Positions 27,954 through 38,600 of a DNA stretch of 64,000 nucleotides are shown piece by piece. The number at the start of each line of letters is the position of its first letter. The first letter of the stretch is position 1. The position numbers were made by a program, and so were the translations under genes. This stretch comes from an uncultured Gammaproteobacteria bacterium. GTDB lineage: Bacteria; Patescibacteriota; Patescibacteriia; UBA9934. The stretch spans positions 23,737 through 87,736 of the forward strand of contig CAZTKG010000002.1 of the NCBI GenBank assembly GCA_964613815.1, written 5' to 3'. The notes under the pieces were generated by a model. That model searched no databases and was not told the DNA's origin. It saw nothing but the letters and a program-made list of their open reading frames with translations.

Positions 27954-28560
27954 CATGTTTAAACGACGCGATAAGGAATCATCAGTCATTTTTCGTTTGT
28001 TTGGAGCTGCTCTTGGCTCTTTTGTTTTGTTTTTTCTTGAGGTCTTGCAGGTGGTCATCATTGCTGCGGCGATTATTATTCCCGTTCGTTATTTTTTGAT
28101 TCAACCGTTTATTGTTAAGGGGGCTAGCATGGAGCCAAATTTTCAAAATAATGATTATCTTATTATCAATGAGGTGAGTTTGTTTTTTCGTGATTTGGAG
28201 CGAGGTGAGGTGGTTGTGTTTCAGCCTCCGAGCAATGATGAGCAGTTTTATATTAAGCGAGTGATCGGGCTCCCAGGGGAAACGATTGAAATTGACAATG
28301 GTGAAGTGACGATTAAAAATGTTGCGTATCCGAATGGCACTTTGCTTCATGAGATTTATCTTGAAGAGTATACTCAAGGCCGTCATTCGGTTACTCTTGG
28401 ACTTGACGAGTACTATCTTTTGGGCGATAATCGTGACTCGAGTTTGGATTCTCGGGTTATCGGCGCAATTCCAATTGATAATATTGTTGGTCGGGTTTGG
28501 ATTCGGGGTTTACCTATTTCTGAAATTGGAACGTTTGAGATTCCGGAGTATTCCATTTAA
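27954..28560 (+). CDS. lepB: signal peptidase I
   Basis: N-terminal TM. Box B (GASMEP), box D (YIKRVIGLPGE), and box E (GDNRDSSLDSR). Confidence 0.85.
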
Positions 28561-28569
28561 TTTTGCAAA

Positions 28570-29913
28570 TTGAATCATATTGCTATGCCAAAGAAAGCTG
28601 CTTCAAAGAAAGATCCTGAGGTGCCGGTAAAGAAAATCAAGACGCCTGAATTATTGAGAGGATTTCGTGATGTACTTCCTGAAGAGCAGGTTTATTGGGA
28701 TGCGATTGAAGATGCGGCAAAGCGTTTGACGAGAGATTATAGTTTTGAGCGGATTCGATTGCCTTATTTGGAGAAGTCTTCGCTTTTTGAGCGAACGATT
28801 GGAAAAGCTACCGATATTATTGACAAGGAGATGTTTCGATTTGAGGATCAAGGAGAGCAGAAAGTTGCGATGCGTCCTGAGGCTACGGCTCAAATTGCCC
28901 GTGCATATATTGAGCACGGCATGTTGAATTTGCCTCAGCCGGTGAAGCTTTGGTATTTGGGGCCGATGTTTCGTTATGATCGACCGCAGGCTGGGCGGTA
29001 CAGACAATTTTGGCAGTGGGGGCTTGAAGTTGTGGGGTCTGATGATCCTGTTGTGGATGCACAGGTGATTATTATGGTGAATCGGTTCATGAAGGAGCTT
29101 GGTCTTGAAACGGTTGTGCAGGTTAATTCGATTGGAACGCCTGATTCTCGACGGGAGTATGTTATGGAGCTTGCGAGCTATTTTAAGCAGTTCAGAAAGC
29201 AGCTTAGTGACGTGGATAAACGTCGGTTACAGAAAAATCCTTTGCGACTTTTGGATTCCAAGGAGCCTGGTATGGAGGAGCTGAAGGCTGATGCGCCTCA
29301 GATTTTGGATTGGCTTAATGAGGATTCGAAAAAGCATTTTATGCAAGTGCTTGAGTATTTGGATGAAGTAGATGTCGCGTATGAATTGAATCCGTTTTTG
29401 GTTCGTGGGCTCGATTATTATAGTCGCACGGTGTTTGAAGTAAAACTTGCGAATCCACCTGAAGGAAAGCCTGATTTGGCGCTTGGTGGAGGCGGACGAT
29501 ATGATGGGCTTTTGCCAATTCTTGGAGCTCGTGAAGAGGTGAAGGGTGCAAGTGGCGTCGCAATTGGGGTGGAGCGTGTGATTAATGCTATGCGAGATTT
29601 GAAAGTTTCGCTTCCGGAAGGTGAAAAGGCACAGGTTTTCTTTTGTCAGCTTGGCGATGCTGCGCGACGAAAGGGGCTTGCTGTTTTTGAGGAGTTCCGA
29701 GAGGCGGGAGTTCTTATTGCTGAGGCATTTGGAAAAGGGGCTTTGAAGGCGCAGTTGGAAATAGCTGATAAAAAAGAGGTGAAAATTGCTCTTATTCTTG
29801 GTCAAAAAGAGGTTTTGGACGGAACGATTATTATTCGAGATATGGAATCTGGTGCACAGGAAATCGTTGATGTGACAAAGGTTGTTGATATTGTGAAGAA
29901 GCGATTGAAGTAA
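28570..29913 (+). CDS. hisS: histidyl-tRNA synthetase
   Basis: Motif 1/2 region (MRPEATAQIARAY, FRYDRPQAGRYRQF), GGGRYDGL, and a C-terminal anticodon-binding domain. Confidence 0.9.
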   Translation: MNHIAMPKKAASKKDPEVPVKKIKTPELLRGFRDVLPEEQVYWDAIEDAAKRLTRDYSFERIRLPYLEKSSLFERTIGKATDIIDKEMFRFEDQGEQKVAMRPEATAQIARAYIEHGMLNLPQPVKLWYLGPMFRYDRPQAGRYRQFWQWGLEVVGSDDPVVDAQVIIMVNRFMKELGLETVVQVNSIGTPDSRREYVMELASYFKQFRKQLSDVDKRRLQKNPLRLLDSKEPGMEELKADAPQILDWLNEDSKKHFMQVLEYLDEVDVAYELNPFLVRGLDYYSRTVFEVKLANPPEGKPDLALGGGGRYDGLLPILGAREEVKGASGVAIGVERVINAMRDLKVSLPEGEKAQVFFCQLGDAARRKGLAVFEEFREAGVLIAEAFGKGALKAQLEIADKKEVKIALILGQKEVLDGTIIIRDMESGAQEIVDVTKVVDIVKKRLK

Positions 29914-29968
29914 TGCTTGACTCAGAGCGATGATTCTGATATATTTTGCATCATATTGACCCAACTAC

Positions 29969-30226
29969 ATGTCTGTTATTGAGATTAAACGAAAGAGAGG
30001 AGAGAGTTTTGAGGCGATGTTTCGTCGCTATTCGAATCGCGTGAAGCAAAGCGGGAAGCATTTAGATGCTCGATTCAATCAGTTTTTTAGTAAAAATCCC
30101 GAACGAAATAAGCGACGTACGAGTAAACTTCGAGGTTTGAAAATTGCTGAGAAGCGAACGTACTTGCTTCGTAGTGGTCGGATTACTGAAGAGTCCCTTC
30201 GATCACGTCGTGGACGGCGACGATAA
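29969..30226 (+). CDS. rpsU: 30S ribosomal protein S21
   Basis: 85 aa, basic, with an S21-like IEIKRKRGESFEAMFRRY start. Confidence 0.75.
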   Translation: MSVIEIKRKRGESFEAMFRRYSNRVKQSGKHLDARFNQFFSKNPERNKRRTSKLRGLKIAEKRTYLLRSGRITEESLRSRRGRRR

Positions 30227-30231
30227 ATTTA

Positions 30232-30684
30232 TTGATCTATATGACATTGCTTGAACTTATTCGACAAGATTTGGTGCAGGCGATGAAGGCGAAGGACGCA
30301 GCGACTTTGAGTACGTTGCGTCTTTTGTCTGCATCGTTGAAGAATAAAGCTATTGAGATGAAAGGTGAGCTTGAAGATGTTGATGTGTTGCGGGTTGTTC
30401 GAGGCGATGTGAAGAAGCTTGAGGATGCGTTGAATGATTTTGTGGGGGCAGCTCGGGAGGATCTTGCAGAGAAGACGCGTGTAGAGATTGCTGTTTTGAA
30501 GAAATATTTGCCTGCTGAGATGACGGCGGAGGCTTTGGAAGAAAAAGTTCGGGAGATATTGGCACGTGTTGGGATTCACGACGCTGGAGATATGGGAAAG
30601 GCGATGGGGGCTGTGATGAAGGAGTTGAAAGATCAGGTTAATGGGAATCGAGTTCGGGAGATGGTGAAGAAGATTTTGCGTTAA
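30232..30684 (+). CDS. yqeY: GatB/YqeY domain protein
   Basis: YqeY-like helical domain (LTEDMKAAMKAKD, then RLSTLRLL...). rpsU-yqeY synteny. Confidence 0.75.
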   Translation: MIYMTLLELIRQDLVQAMKAKDAATLSTLRLLSASLKNKAIEMKGELEDVDVLRVVRGDVKKLEDALNDFVGAAREDLAEKTRVEIAVLKKYLPAEMTAEALEEKVREILARVGIHDAGDMGKAMGAVMKELKDQVNGNRVREMVKKILR

Positions 30685-30744
30685 GGTTTTAGAAAAGATT
30701 CTGAAAGAGAGGGTCTTTTTTTCTTTATGCGTGAATTGTGACCT

Positions 30745-30770
30745 GTCACGTCGCTCGCGAGCGACGTGAC
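30745..30770. promoter_or_regulatory. 26-bp perfect GC-rich palindrome (gtcacgtcgctcgcgagcgacgtgac) upstream of the giant-protein locus
   Basis: Perfect dyad symmetry ~65 nt upstream of ATG 30835. Could be an operator or an RNA hairpin; no T-run. Confidence 0.4.
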
Positions 30771-30802
30771 GTGGATATCTTGTCGGACACATTGTTTGTT
30801 CG

Positions 30803-30811
30803 TGATAAAAT
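30803..30811 (+). promoter_or_regulatory. candidate extended -10 element (TGaTAAAAT) for the giant-protein operon
   Basis: TGn + TAAAAT, 24 nt upstream of ATG 30835. RBS AGGGA at 30825-30829. Confidence 0.25.
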
Positions 30812-30834
30812 GGATGTAATCAACTAGGGATTAC

Positions 30835-32631
30835 ATGCTATTACAACGATTGAATCTAGCGATTCAGGTGACTGCGACGATTGTGGTTGTTTTTGCGTTT
30901 TTGTTTGGGTTTGGCGATGTTGTGTTGGCGCAGGATTTGGATGCTGTTGGAGATGCTGCAGGGCTTTCTGATGCGGGGCTTGAAGTCATCATTGGACGGA
31001 TTATCGCTGTCTTCTTAGGACTCTTGGGGATCATTCTTCTTGTGATTATCATGTATGCCGGGTATTTGTGGATGACGGCAGGAGGAAATACGGATCAAGT
31101 AGTGAAGGCGAAGAAATGGATTATTAATGGGGTGGTTGGACTTGTGATTACGTTGAGTGCGTATGTGATCGCTTCATTCATTATGAATCTTTTCTACGAT
31201 GCAGGCCTTTGGGGAGGTGGTGGCGACGGGCCGGATTCGAATCCTCCCGTTTTGGAGCCGGGATCCAACTCTCTTGGGAGTGGAGGTATTCAATCGCATT
31301 ATCCGGATCGGTATGCGACGGATATTGCTCGAAATGCGAAGGTGATGGTGACGTTTGGTACTAAGATGGCAATTGGTTCGTTTGCGAAGGGATACGATGA
31401 TAATGGGACACCTACAGATGTTAGCGACGATGTTGTTGCGACAGCGCTCAATACAGAAAATATTTTGATTTATGTTACAAGTGAAGGGGAGGAGTATGCT
31501 TTGGGTGAGGGTGATGTAGAGGTATCGTTTACGGAAGATCTGAGGACGTTTGTCTTTGACCCTTCTGCGTATTTAGGAAGTGCTACGGAGGATGTTGGGT
31601 ATACGGTGTATCTTTCTGATGATATTGAGAATTCGGATGGGGATACGGGGGATGTTGATGATGGTGGGTATTGGTGGACGTTTACGGTGGGGACTGAGAT
31701 TGATTTGACGCCTCCGCAGATTAAAAGTATTTCGCCTGCAGAGGGGCTTTCGTATGCTCGGAATATTGTTGTTGAGGTAACGTTTGATGAGGCGATTGAT
31801 CCAACAAGTGCGACGGGGACGTATGCTGCTGATGGATCTGGGAGTTTTGAAAATATTCAGATTGAAGCGGATTCTAGTGGGCTTGTGGAAGGGACGTATG
31901 TGATGAGTAATGCGTACAAAACGGTTACTTTTGTGAGTTCGGAGGCTTGTGGAACAAATAGTTGCGGGCAGACGATTTATTGTTTACCTGGTGGGGAGGA
32001 TCAGACGGTTACGGTGTTTGGTGCCACGCCTGGAACGGATAACCCTCAGATTGATGTATATCCATACGATGGAATTGGAGATGTTTCTGGCAATGCGCTT
32101 GATGCGGATGGGGACGACGCGGTTGATAGCGCTGGAGAACAATATGCTTGGGCGTTTACGACGACGAATGATTATAATGATGATGCTCCATACATCACGG
32201 CGGTTACCCCGGATGTTGCTGAGGAGGATTTGGCATTAGATGCAGATATTCTTGTGACGTTTGACTCTGTCATGATGAGTTCTACGCTTTCGAGTGAGAA
32301 CGTGGAGGTTGATAATAGTCCTGATCACGAGCTTTGGTTTTCGATTGAAAGTGAAGGGTTGGCGAGTGATGGAAGTGTTGTAGAGGATTCGAGTACGACG
32401 ATTACGAATACGCAGATGGAAGTTAACCATGGGGTGTTCTATGAGTCTGGAGATGATTTTACCTATCTGTATTCGGTTGATGTGGGTGACGGAGTTTTGA
32501 ATCAGTATCAGAATTGTTTTGTTCCTGGGGAGGGGCCTGGAGTTGGAAGTACTGAATGTGGCACAAATAATACGTATCCTTACTGCTGCCAGGGGGTTCC
32601 AAGCGCTGAGGAATGTTCGTTTTTTGAGTAA
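30835..32631 (+). CDS. secreted/surface protein (598 aa) with pilin-like N-terminal module, Ig-like beta-rich middle and Cys-rich C-terminus
   Basis: Signal peptide (cleavage VLA|QDLDAV). The mature N-terminus has two hydrophobic helices separated by MTAGGNTDQVVKAKKW. The rest is acidic and G/T/S/D-rich, ending in a Cys cluster (CGTNNTYPYCCQG...EEC). Confidence 0.85.
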   Translation: MLLQRLNLAIQVTATIVVVFAFLFGFGDVVLAQDLDAVGDAAGLSDAGLEVIIGRIIAVFLGLLGIILLVIIMYAGYLWMTAGGNTDQVVKAKKWIINGVVGLVITLSAYVIASFIMNLFYDAGLWGGGGDGPDSNPPVLEPGSNSLGSGGIQSHYPDRYATDIARNAKVMVTFGTKMAIGSFAKGYDDNGTPTDVSDDVVATALNTENILIYVTSEGEEYALGEGDVEVSFTEDLRTFVFDPSAYLGSATEDVGYTVYLSDDIENSDGDTGDVDDGGYWWTFTVGTEIDLTPPQIKSISPAEGLSYARNIVVEVTFDEAIDPTSATGTYAADGSGSFENIQIEADSSGLVEGTYVMSNAYKTVTFVSSEACGTNSCGQTIYCLPGGEDQTVTVFGATPGTDNPQIDVYPYDGIGDVSGNALDADGDDAVDSAGEQYAWAFTTTNDYNDDAPYITAVTPDVAEEDLALDADILVTFDSVMMSSTLSSENVEVDNSPDHELWFSIESEGLASDGSVVEDSSTTITNTQMEVNHGVFYESGDDFTYLYSVDVGDGVLNQYQNCFVPGEGPGVGSTECGTNNTYPYCCQGVPSAEECSFFE

Positions 32632-32633
32632 TT

Positions 32634-35600
32634 ATGAGATTTAAGGAGTGGTTACAATTTGGATTTCGATGGTTACCGATGGTTGCTGTTTTTGGCTTTT
32701 TGTTGTGTGGCGAGGTGGCATTTGCACAGGATCTTGATGCGGTTGCGACTGAGTCTGGGCTTGGACAGGCGGATTTGTATGCGACGCTTGCTCGGATTGT
32801 TAATGTCTTTTTAGGATTCCTGGGAATCATTTTGGTTTGTATTGTTGTTTATGCGGGATTTTTGTGGATGACGGCAGGGGGGAACACCGAGCAAATCACG
32901 AAGGCAAAAAAATGGGTTATCAATGCTTCAGTTGGATTATTGATTATTTTATCTTCTTGGGGTATTACGACATTTATTTTGAATAAATTGATGGGTGCGG
33001 CGGGATATACGAGTGATGGTTCCGGAGATGATGGAGGGGGGGGATCTGGTGGAGGAATTCCTGGAGGTGATGTTGCGACATTTAGGGTGAATGATTTTAG
33101 TCCTGAAGGGGAGGTTTCTATTCGTAATATTGAAGTTACCATTACATTTAATGACAAGCTTGATCCTGATTCGATTGATGGGAATGTCGTTGTGACGGAT
33201 TTGGATTCTGGAGATACGGTGGATGGGACGTTAGAAGTGAGTGCGAATAAGGTGACTTTTACGCCTTTGGCCACTTGTGATGAGCCGAATGAAGATTATA
33301 ATTGTTTTGATGAATTTACGAATTACAGCGTTGCGGTTTCGACGAGTGTTTTGGATGATGATGGAACGAGTTTGAGTTGTTCAATTTATCCTTGTACGGC
33401 TGAATTTACAAGTGGGGATGTTGTTGATACGGACGGACCTGAGGTTGAGTTTGTTTATCCTGAGAGCGGGGAGCGAATTGAGCCTTACACATCTGTGTTT
33501 GAACAGGTGTATGCCGAGGATGACTATGCGCTTTCTGGTGCAGAATTTGCGATTGATGATGAGACTGATGTGTTAGAAGCTGTGAGCGTGGATGATAATG
33601 CATCGAGTGCGTATATAGAGACGTATTGGGATACGACGGATTACGATACGGAGAGTTACTATCGGTTATATGCGACGGTGACGGATTTGGCCGGGAATGA
33701 GAATACGGATTCTGTACGTGTGTATATTGATCCTGCACATTGCTATAATGACGTGATGGATGAGGATGAGGAAGATGTTGATTGTGGAGGGAGTTGTGGG
33801 GCCTGTGATGGAGATGAGTGTTCAGAAGATGGAGACTGTGCGAGCGGGTCATGCGTTGATAATGTTTGTGTTGCTGAGCCGATGATTTCGTCGATTAGTC
33901 CTGAGGATGGGGCCGTGGGCACGCTCGTGACAATTAATGGAGAGAATTTTGGATCGCGAACTGGGACGGTTTATTTTGAGGACGGTGATGGTGCGTTGTT
34001 GGAGGCTGGGACTTCTGCGATTTGCGGGGATAGTTGGGATGATGATGAGATTGTGATTGAGGTTCCGGAGGGGGCTGCGGATGGGGCGATTACGGTTGTT
34101 GCGACGAATGGATATGATGACGCAACGAATGATGATAGGGGTCCTGTGATTGATGATTTTGAGGTAAATAGTGTTGAGCGGCCTGGTATTTGTCGGATTT
34201 ATCCGGATGATGGGGAGAGTGGAGATGAAGCGACGGTGTATGGGGTGAATTTTACGAGTGAAGCAGACATGAGTGTTTACTTTGGCACTGATGAGGTGCG
34301 TACGTTTGGAGATTGGGATTCTGACTCCGTTGTTGTGACAGTGCCTTCGCTTGAAGATGGGGATTATGATGTGATGGTTGATGTTGATGGGGTTGAGTCT
34401 AATACGGTTGAGTATGTGGTTGAGGCATCTGTGGAAGATGGGCCTATTTTAAGCGGACTTTCTCCTTCGAATGGAGGAATTGGTCAATATGTGACGTTGC
34501 AGGGGTCTGATTTTGGAAGTACTCAGGGGCTCGTATGGATTGTGAGTCAGAGTACTGGAAATGCTGCGTATGCTTCGGTTGCGTTTCCGGATGAGTGTGG
34601 GGTGGATTTTTGGTCTGACGATGAGGTTATTGTGAAGATTCCTTCTGAATATACGAATGGGCAAGCAATTGAGTATACGACGCATGATGTGTATGTAGAT
34701 GCGGCGTATTTGGATGAGGATTCGAATGCTCTTGATTTTACGATTACGACAAGTGATCCGAGTCCAGGGCTTTGTGCGCTCAGTCCGGATGAGGGAGATG
34801 TTGCGGCTGACAGTGGGCTTCAAGTGACGCTTTATGGTGAGAATTTTGGGTCTGATGTTGGGTCTGTTCGGTTTTACAATGAGGTTGAGGCTGCGGTGGA
34901 CTCATGGAGTGAGGGAGAGGTGGTAGTGACTGCTCCTAGTTCTGCTTTGACAGGGCCCGTGACACTGTATTCTGCGGATGATGATGAAAGTAATACCGTG
35001 AATTTTGAGGTTGGTGAAGGAGATTCTGATGATGAAGAAGAGGCGACTGAGGGGGGATATGCTTGGTATTTTTCGACTGGAGATATTCCAGATTCTCCTA
35101 GTGTGCTTGTGGAATGTACGGACACTTCTGTAAGTGGCGTGCCGAATAGTCGATTTTTGAGTGATGAGGGCGCTTGTTTGAATGCGGATGTGTTTGTGCG
35201 TTTTGCGAGTAGTGTGTACGAGTCGACTGTTCAGGATGGAGAGGGAATTCTTGTGGAAGAATGTAGCGATTCTAGCTGCGATGATGTTGTCGCGACCGTT
35301 CCTGGATCGGTGACTTTGGCTTGGGGCCGTGCGTTGACGTGGTCCGTGGATGGGGGTTATGAATCTGGACTGTTCAAGGCTGATACGTCGTATCAGGTAA
35401 CGATTTTGAGTACGGTTGTTTCCACGGATGGTGTTGAGCTTGGGAGTGATGTGTCTTGGAAATTTAGCACAGGGGCTGCGGATATGGATTGCGCGATTGA
35501 GAAGATTTATGTCACGCCTGAAACGGCAGATGCAGATTCGTATGGACAGGACCAGGAATTTTTGTCAAGCGCTGGAACGTTTGACTGTCAGGTGCTCAGT

Positions 35601-38600
35601 TCTGATTCGTTTGATTGGGATTGGCAGATTGATGAGTCTTATGCCTCTATATCTGCTGGAGGGTGCGATACGATGAGTGGTCAGGAGTGTGCGCTCGCGA
35701 CAGCACTTGCGGAAGGCGAGGCTGATGTCCTTGTGACAGAAAGTGATAGCGGTCTTTCTGAAGGCGCTTTGTATCGGATTGATTTTAGTGATCCTGCAGT
35801 GAGTGATTGGTGGCCGAGTTGTGATGAGGCTTGTACGAATGCGGATGTCGGCGCTTCGTTTGATACATCGATTAACATGGACAGTAGTCGAGGTATGACC
35901 GCAGAAGATGCTGGTGCGTTCATGGTGTATGCGTGTGATAATGAGCTGTGCAGTTCTTATTCAGATTTGTTTGCTTCTAGTGCGACGTGTACGGATTATG
36001 CGGATGATGGAGGGTGTGTTGAGTTGTCTGCGAATTTTCTTGATCGAATGGACAGCGCGACGTTTTATCGTGCAACGATTTCAGGGAATTTGATTTCGAC
36101 GAGCGGGGTTGCGATTATTGGGACGAATTACGGCGACGATTTTAGCTGGACGTTTGGTGTGCGGGATGATGCGAGTGAATGTAGTGTTGATTCGATTGAC
36201 TTGTCTCCAGGAGATTCAAAGCATACGTATATTGGTAGCCGGGAGGTGTTTAGTGTGAATGCGTATGGTCCACGAGATGGATGTAGCACGACTGGACAGA
36301 AGCTTGTTTCTAGTGATTATGATTGGGACTGGGATGATCCGATTGAGAATGATGCCGATGTTTCTGAATGGGTGAAAGTGAATAGTAGCTTGATTGATGC
36401 GGATGCAGATGGGCCTGTTGAAGGCTGTACGTCTTCGTGTTTGCCTCAGGGGACGTCTACGTATGATGCAATTTGTGGAGATGGTGTCATTGGAGTTGCT
36501 GAAGATTGTGATGACGGAAATGCAAGTGATGGGGATGGATGCAGTTCGATTTGTTTGCGTGAAGGAGGGGATGTTGTTGGAACTTGTGGAGATGGAAGTT
36601 TGGATCGTGTTGCAGCGGATGGGGTTTATGATCAAGGGGGTGGAGAGGATTGTGATGATGGTGGCAATTCTGATGGAGATGGATGTAGCTCTGCTTGTTT
36701 GAACGAGGGCTCTTCTGGTACGACTCAATGTGGTAATGATGACATTGCTTATGATTGGCAGATTGGAGGGGAGGAGTGTGAGGATGCTGATGGAAATGCG
36801 AGTGGGGGTGATGGGTGTAGTGCGAATTGTTTGAATGAGGGTTCTGTTGCGATTACGGATGTTTATGGGGAGTGTGGAGATGGTGTGCTTGATACGCCGT
36901 ATGAGAGTTGTGATGATGGAAATACATCGGACGGGGATGGATGCGGCTCTACGTGTGTTCGAGAGGGAGGTGATGTTGTTGGGATTTGTGGGGATGGAAA
37001 CGTGGACCGCATTGCTGATGATGGGACGTATGCGCAAGGGGGAGGTGAAGACTGTGATGATGACGAGGGATGTAGTGATGATTGTTTGTGGCTTGGCTCT
37101 TCTTACAACTATGACGACGTTTCTGTTTGTGGCGATGGGGTGACGGGGGCTGGAGAGTATGACATGTGTGAATCTGGTGTACTTGGTGATCTTTCTGTTG
37201 ATAGTCTGCAGGTGGCGGAAATTTCGGATTTGGCGCCAACTCAGGTCGATAGCGCGACAAATATTTCAACATCAACTGTTCGAGTTGAGCTTGATGCGTA
37301 TGGGCTCTGGGATGAGACAGAGATGATTTTGTATTGCGGTGCAGAGACGGGGGCTGATTGTGAGGATACGACGTATGGCGTTGGTGAAAGTGGGTGTTGT
37401 AGTGCTCGTCCGACCGTGTCTTTGTATCCGTCTGGATCTGCCGTTTGTACGAATACGGCGTTTAGCGCTACGTTTAGTGAGAAGATTGATGTAGATACGC
37501 TTGAGGATCATGTGTTTGTGCGGCTTGATATTTCTAGTGCTTCTGATGGTGCGTGTCCGAGCAGTCATGATGTGTATGGGGATTCTGCGAGTGATGGATC
37601 TGTCGCGACTGGTTGGGATCGTTTTTGGGCATTTTTGATGCCTTGGACGAATGCGGCGAGTGATGGGGATTGTTTGATGGAGGTGACTGGATTTGATCAA
37701 ACGGCAGTTAGTGATACGGAGTATAAGGTCTCCATTACAACGGCATCTATATTGGAGGCTGAAGCGGATTATGAGCTTGTGGTGGTTGGTGATTCTGATG
37801 TTTTGGATGGAGATAAAGAGGGGGTTTTGAGTGCGCTTGGAGTGAGTATTGATGGGACAGCTTCTGGCACCGGAGAGATTGCGCAGGCGTTTACAACTGG
37901 GGAAGGAATTTGTTTGTTTGATATGGCGGTTGCGGAAGATACGGATGAAGATAGTCCTGGGTATTATCGAACGCAAAAAGAGTCGCATGGATTTTTGGCG
38001 ACGGCTTATTCTGTTGATGGAGGGGTTCAACAGGAGATTCAGTCCATGACTGGGGTGTATGAATGGTCATGGAGCGATTGGACTGTTGACGATGAAGATG
38101 TTTTTGAGATCGCGAGTACTGATGATGAGGCGGATGTTTCCGCGCTTGATGAGGATGGTGAGGCTAATGTGGTCGCGAGTGCCGTCATTACGGTGGATGC
38201 GACGGATGTTGATGAGGTTGGGCGTGTCGTTTCTGGAACAGAGGATGTCACCGCGGTGCTTTGTAATAACATTTGGCCTGTTATTGATGATTTCCCGTTT
38301 GTTGATGATTCTACATCTGCGATTAGTGGGGTTTCTGAAGGGTATGGCTGGATGAATTTTTCTACCTATTATTGTCGAGATGCGGGAAGTTCAGACAGTC
38401 GAGATGATGATTTGCCTGAACTTGAGGTTCTTGTAACGCCTTCTGTTGAATCTGAGACGGTCATGAAGGAATACTTTTTCCAGGTTCAGGATGGTTCTGG
38501 AGATGCAATTGGTGTTCGTATTGCCTCGAATGAGGAATATTTGACTCCGTTGGCTTGGTATGAGGATCGTGGATTTAGCGGATCGCCTTCTGAGCTTCAG

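Noticed and set aside
30690-30730. Apparent terminator after yqeY (gaaagagagggtc followed by T7)
   Set aside because: The T-run is real, but no convincing complementary stem precedes it. The nearby 26-bp palindrome is reported separately.
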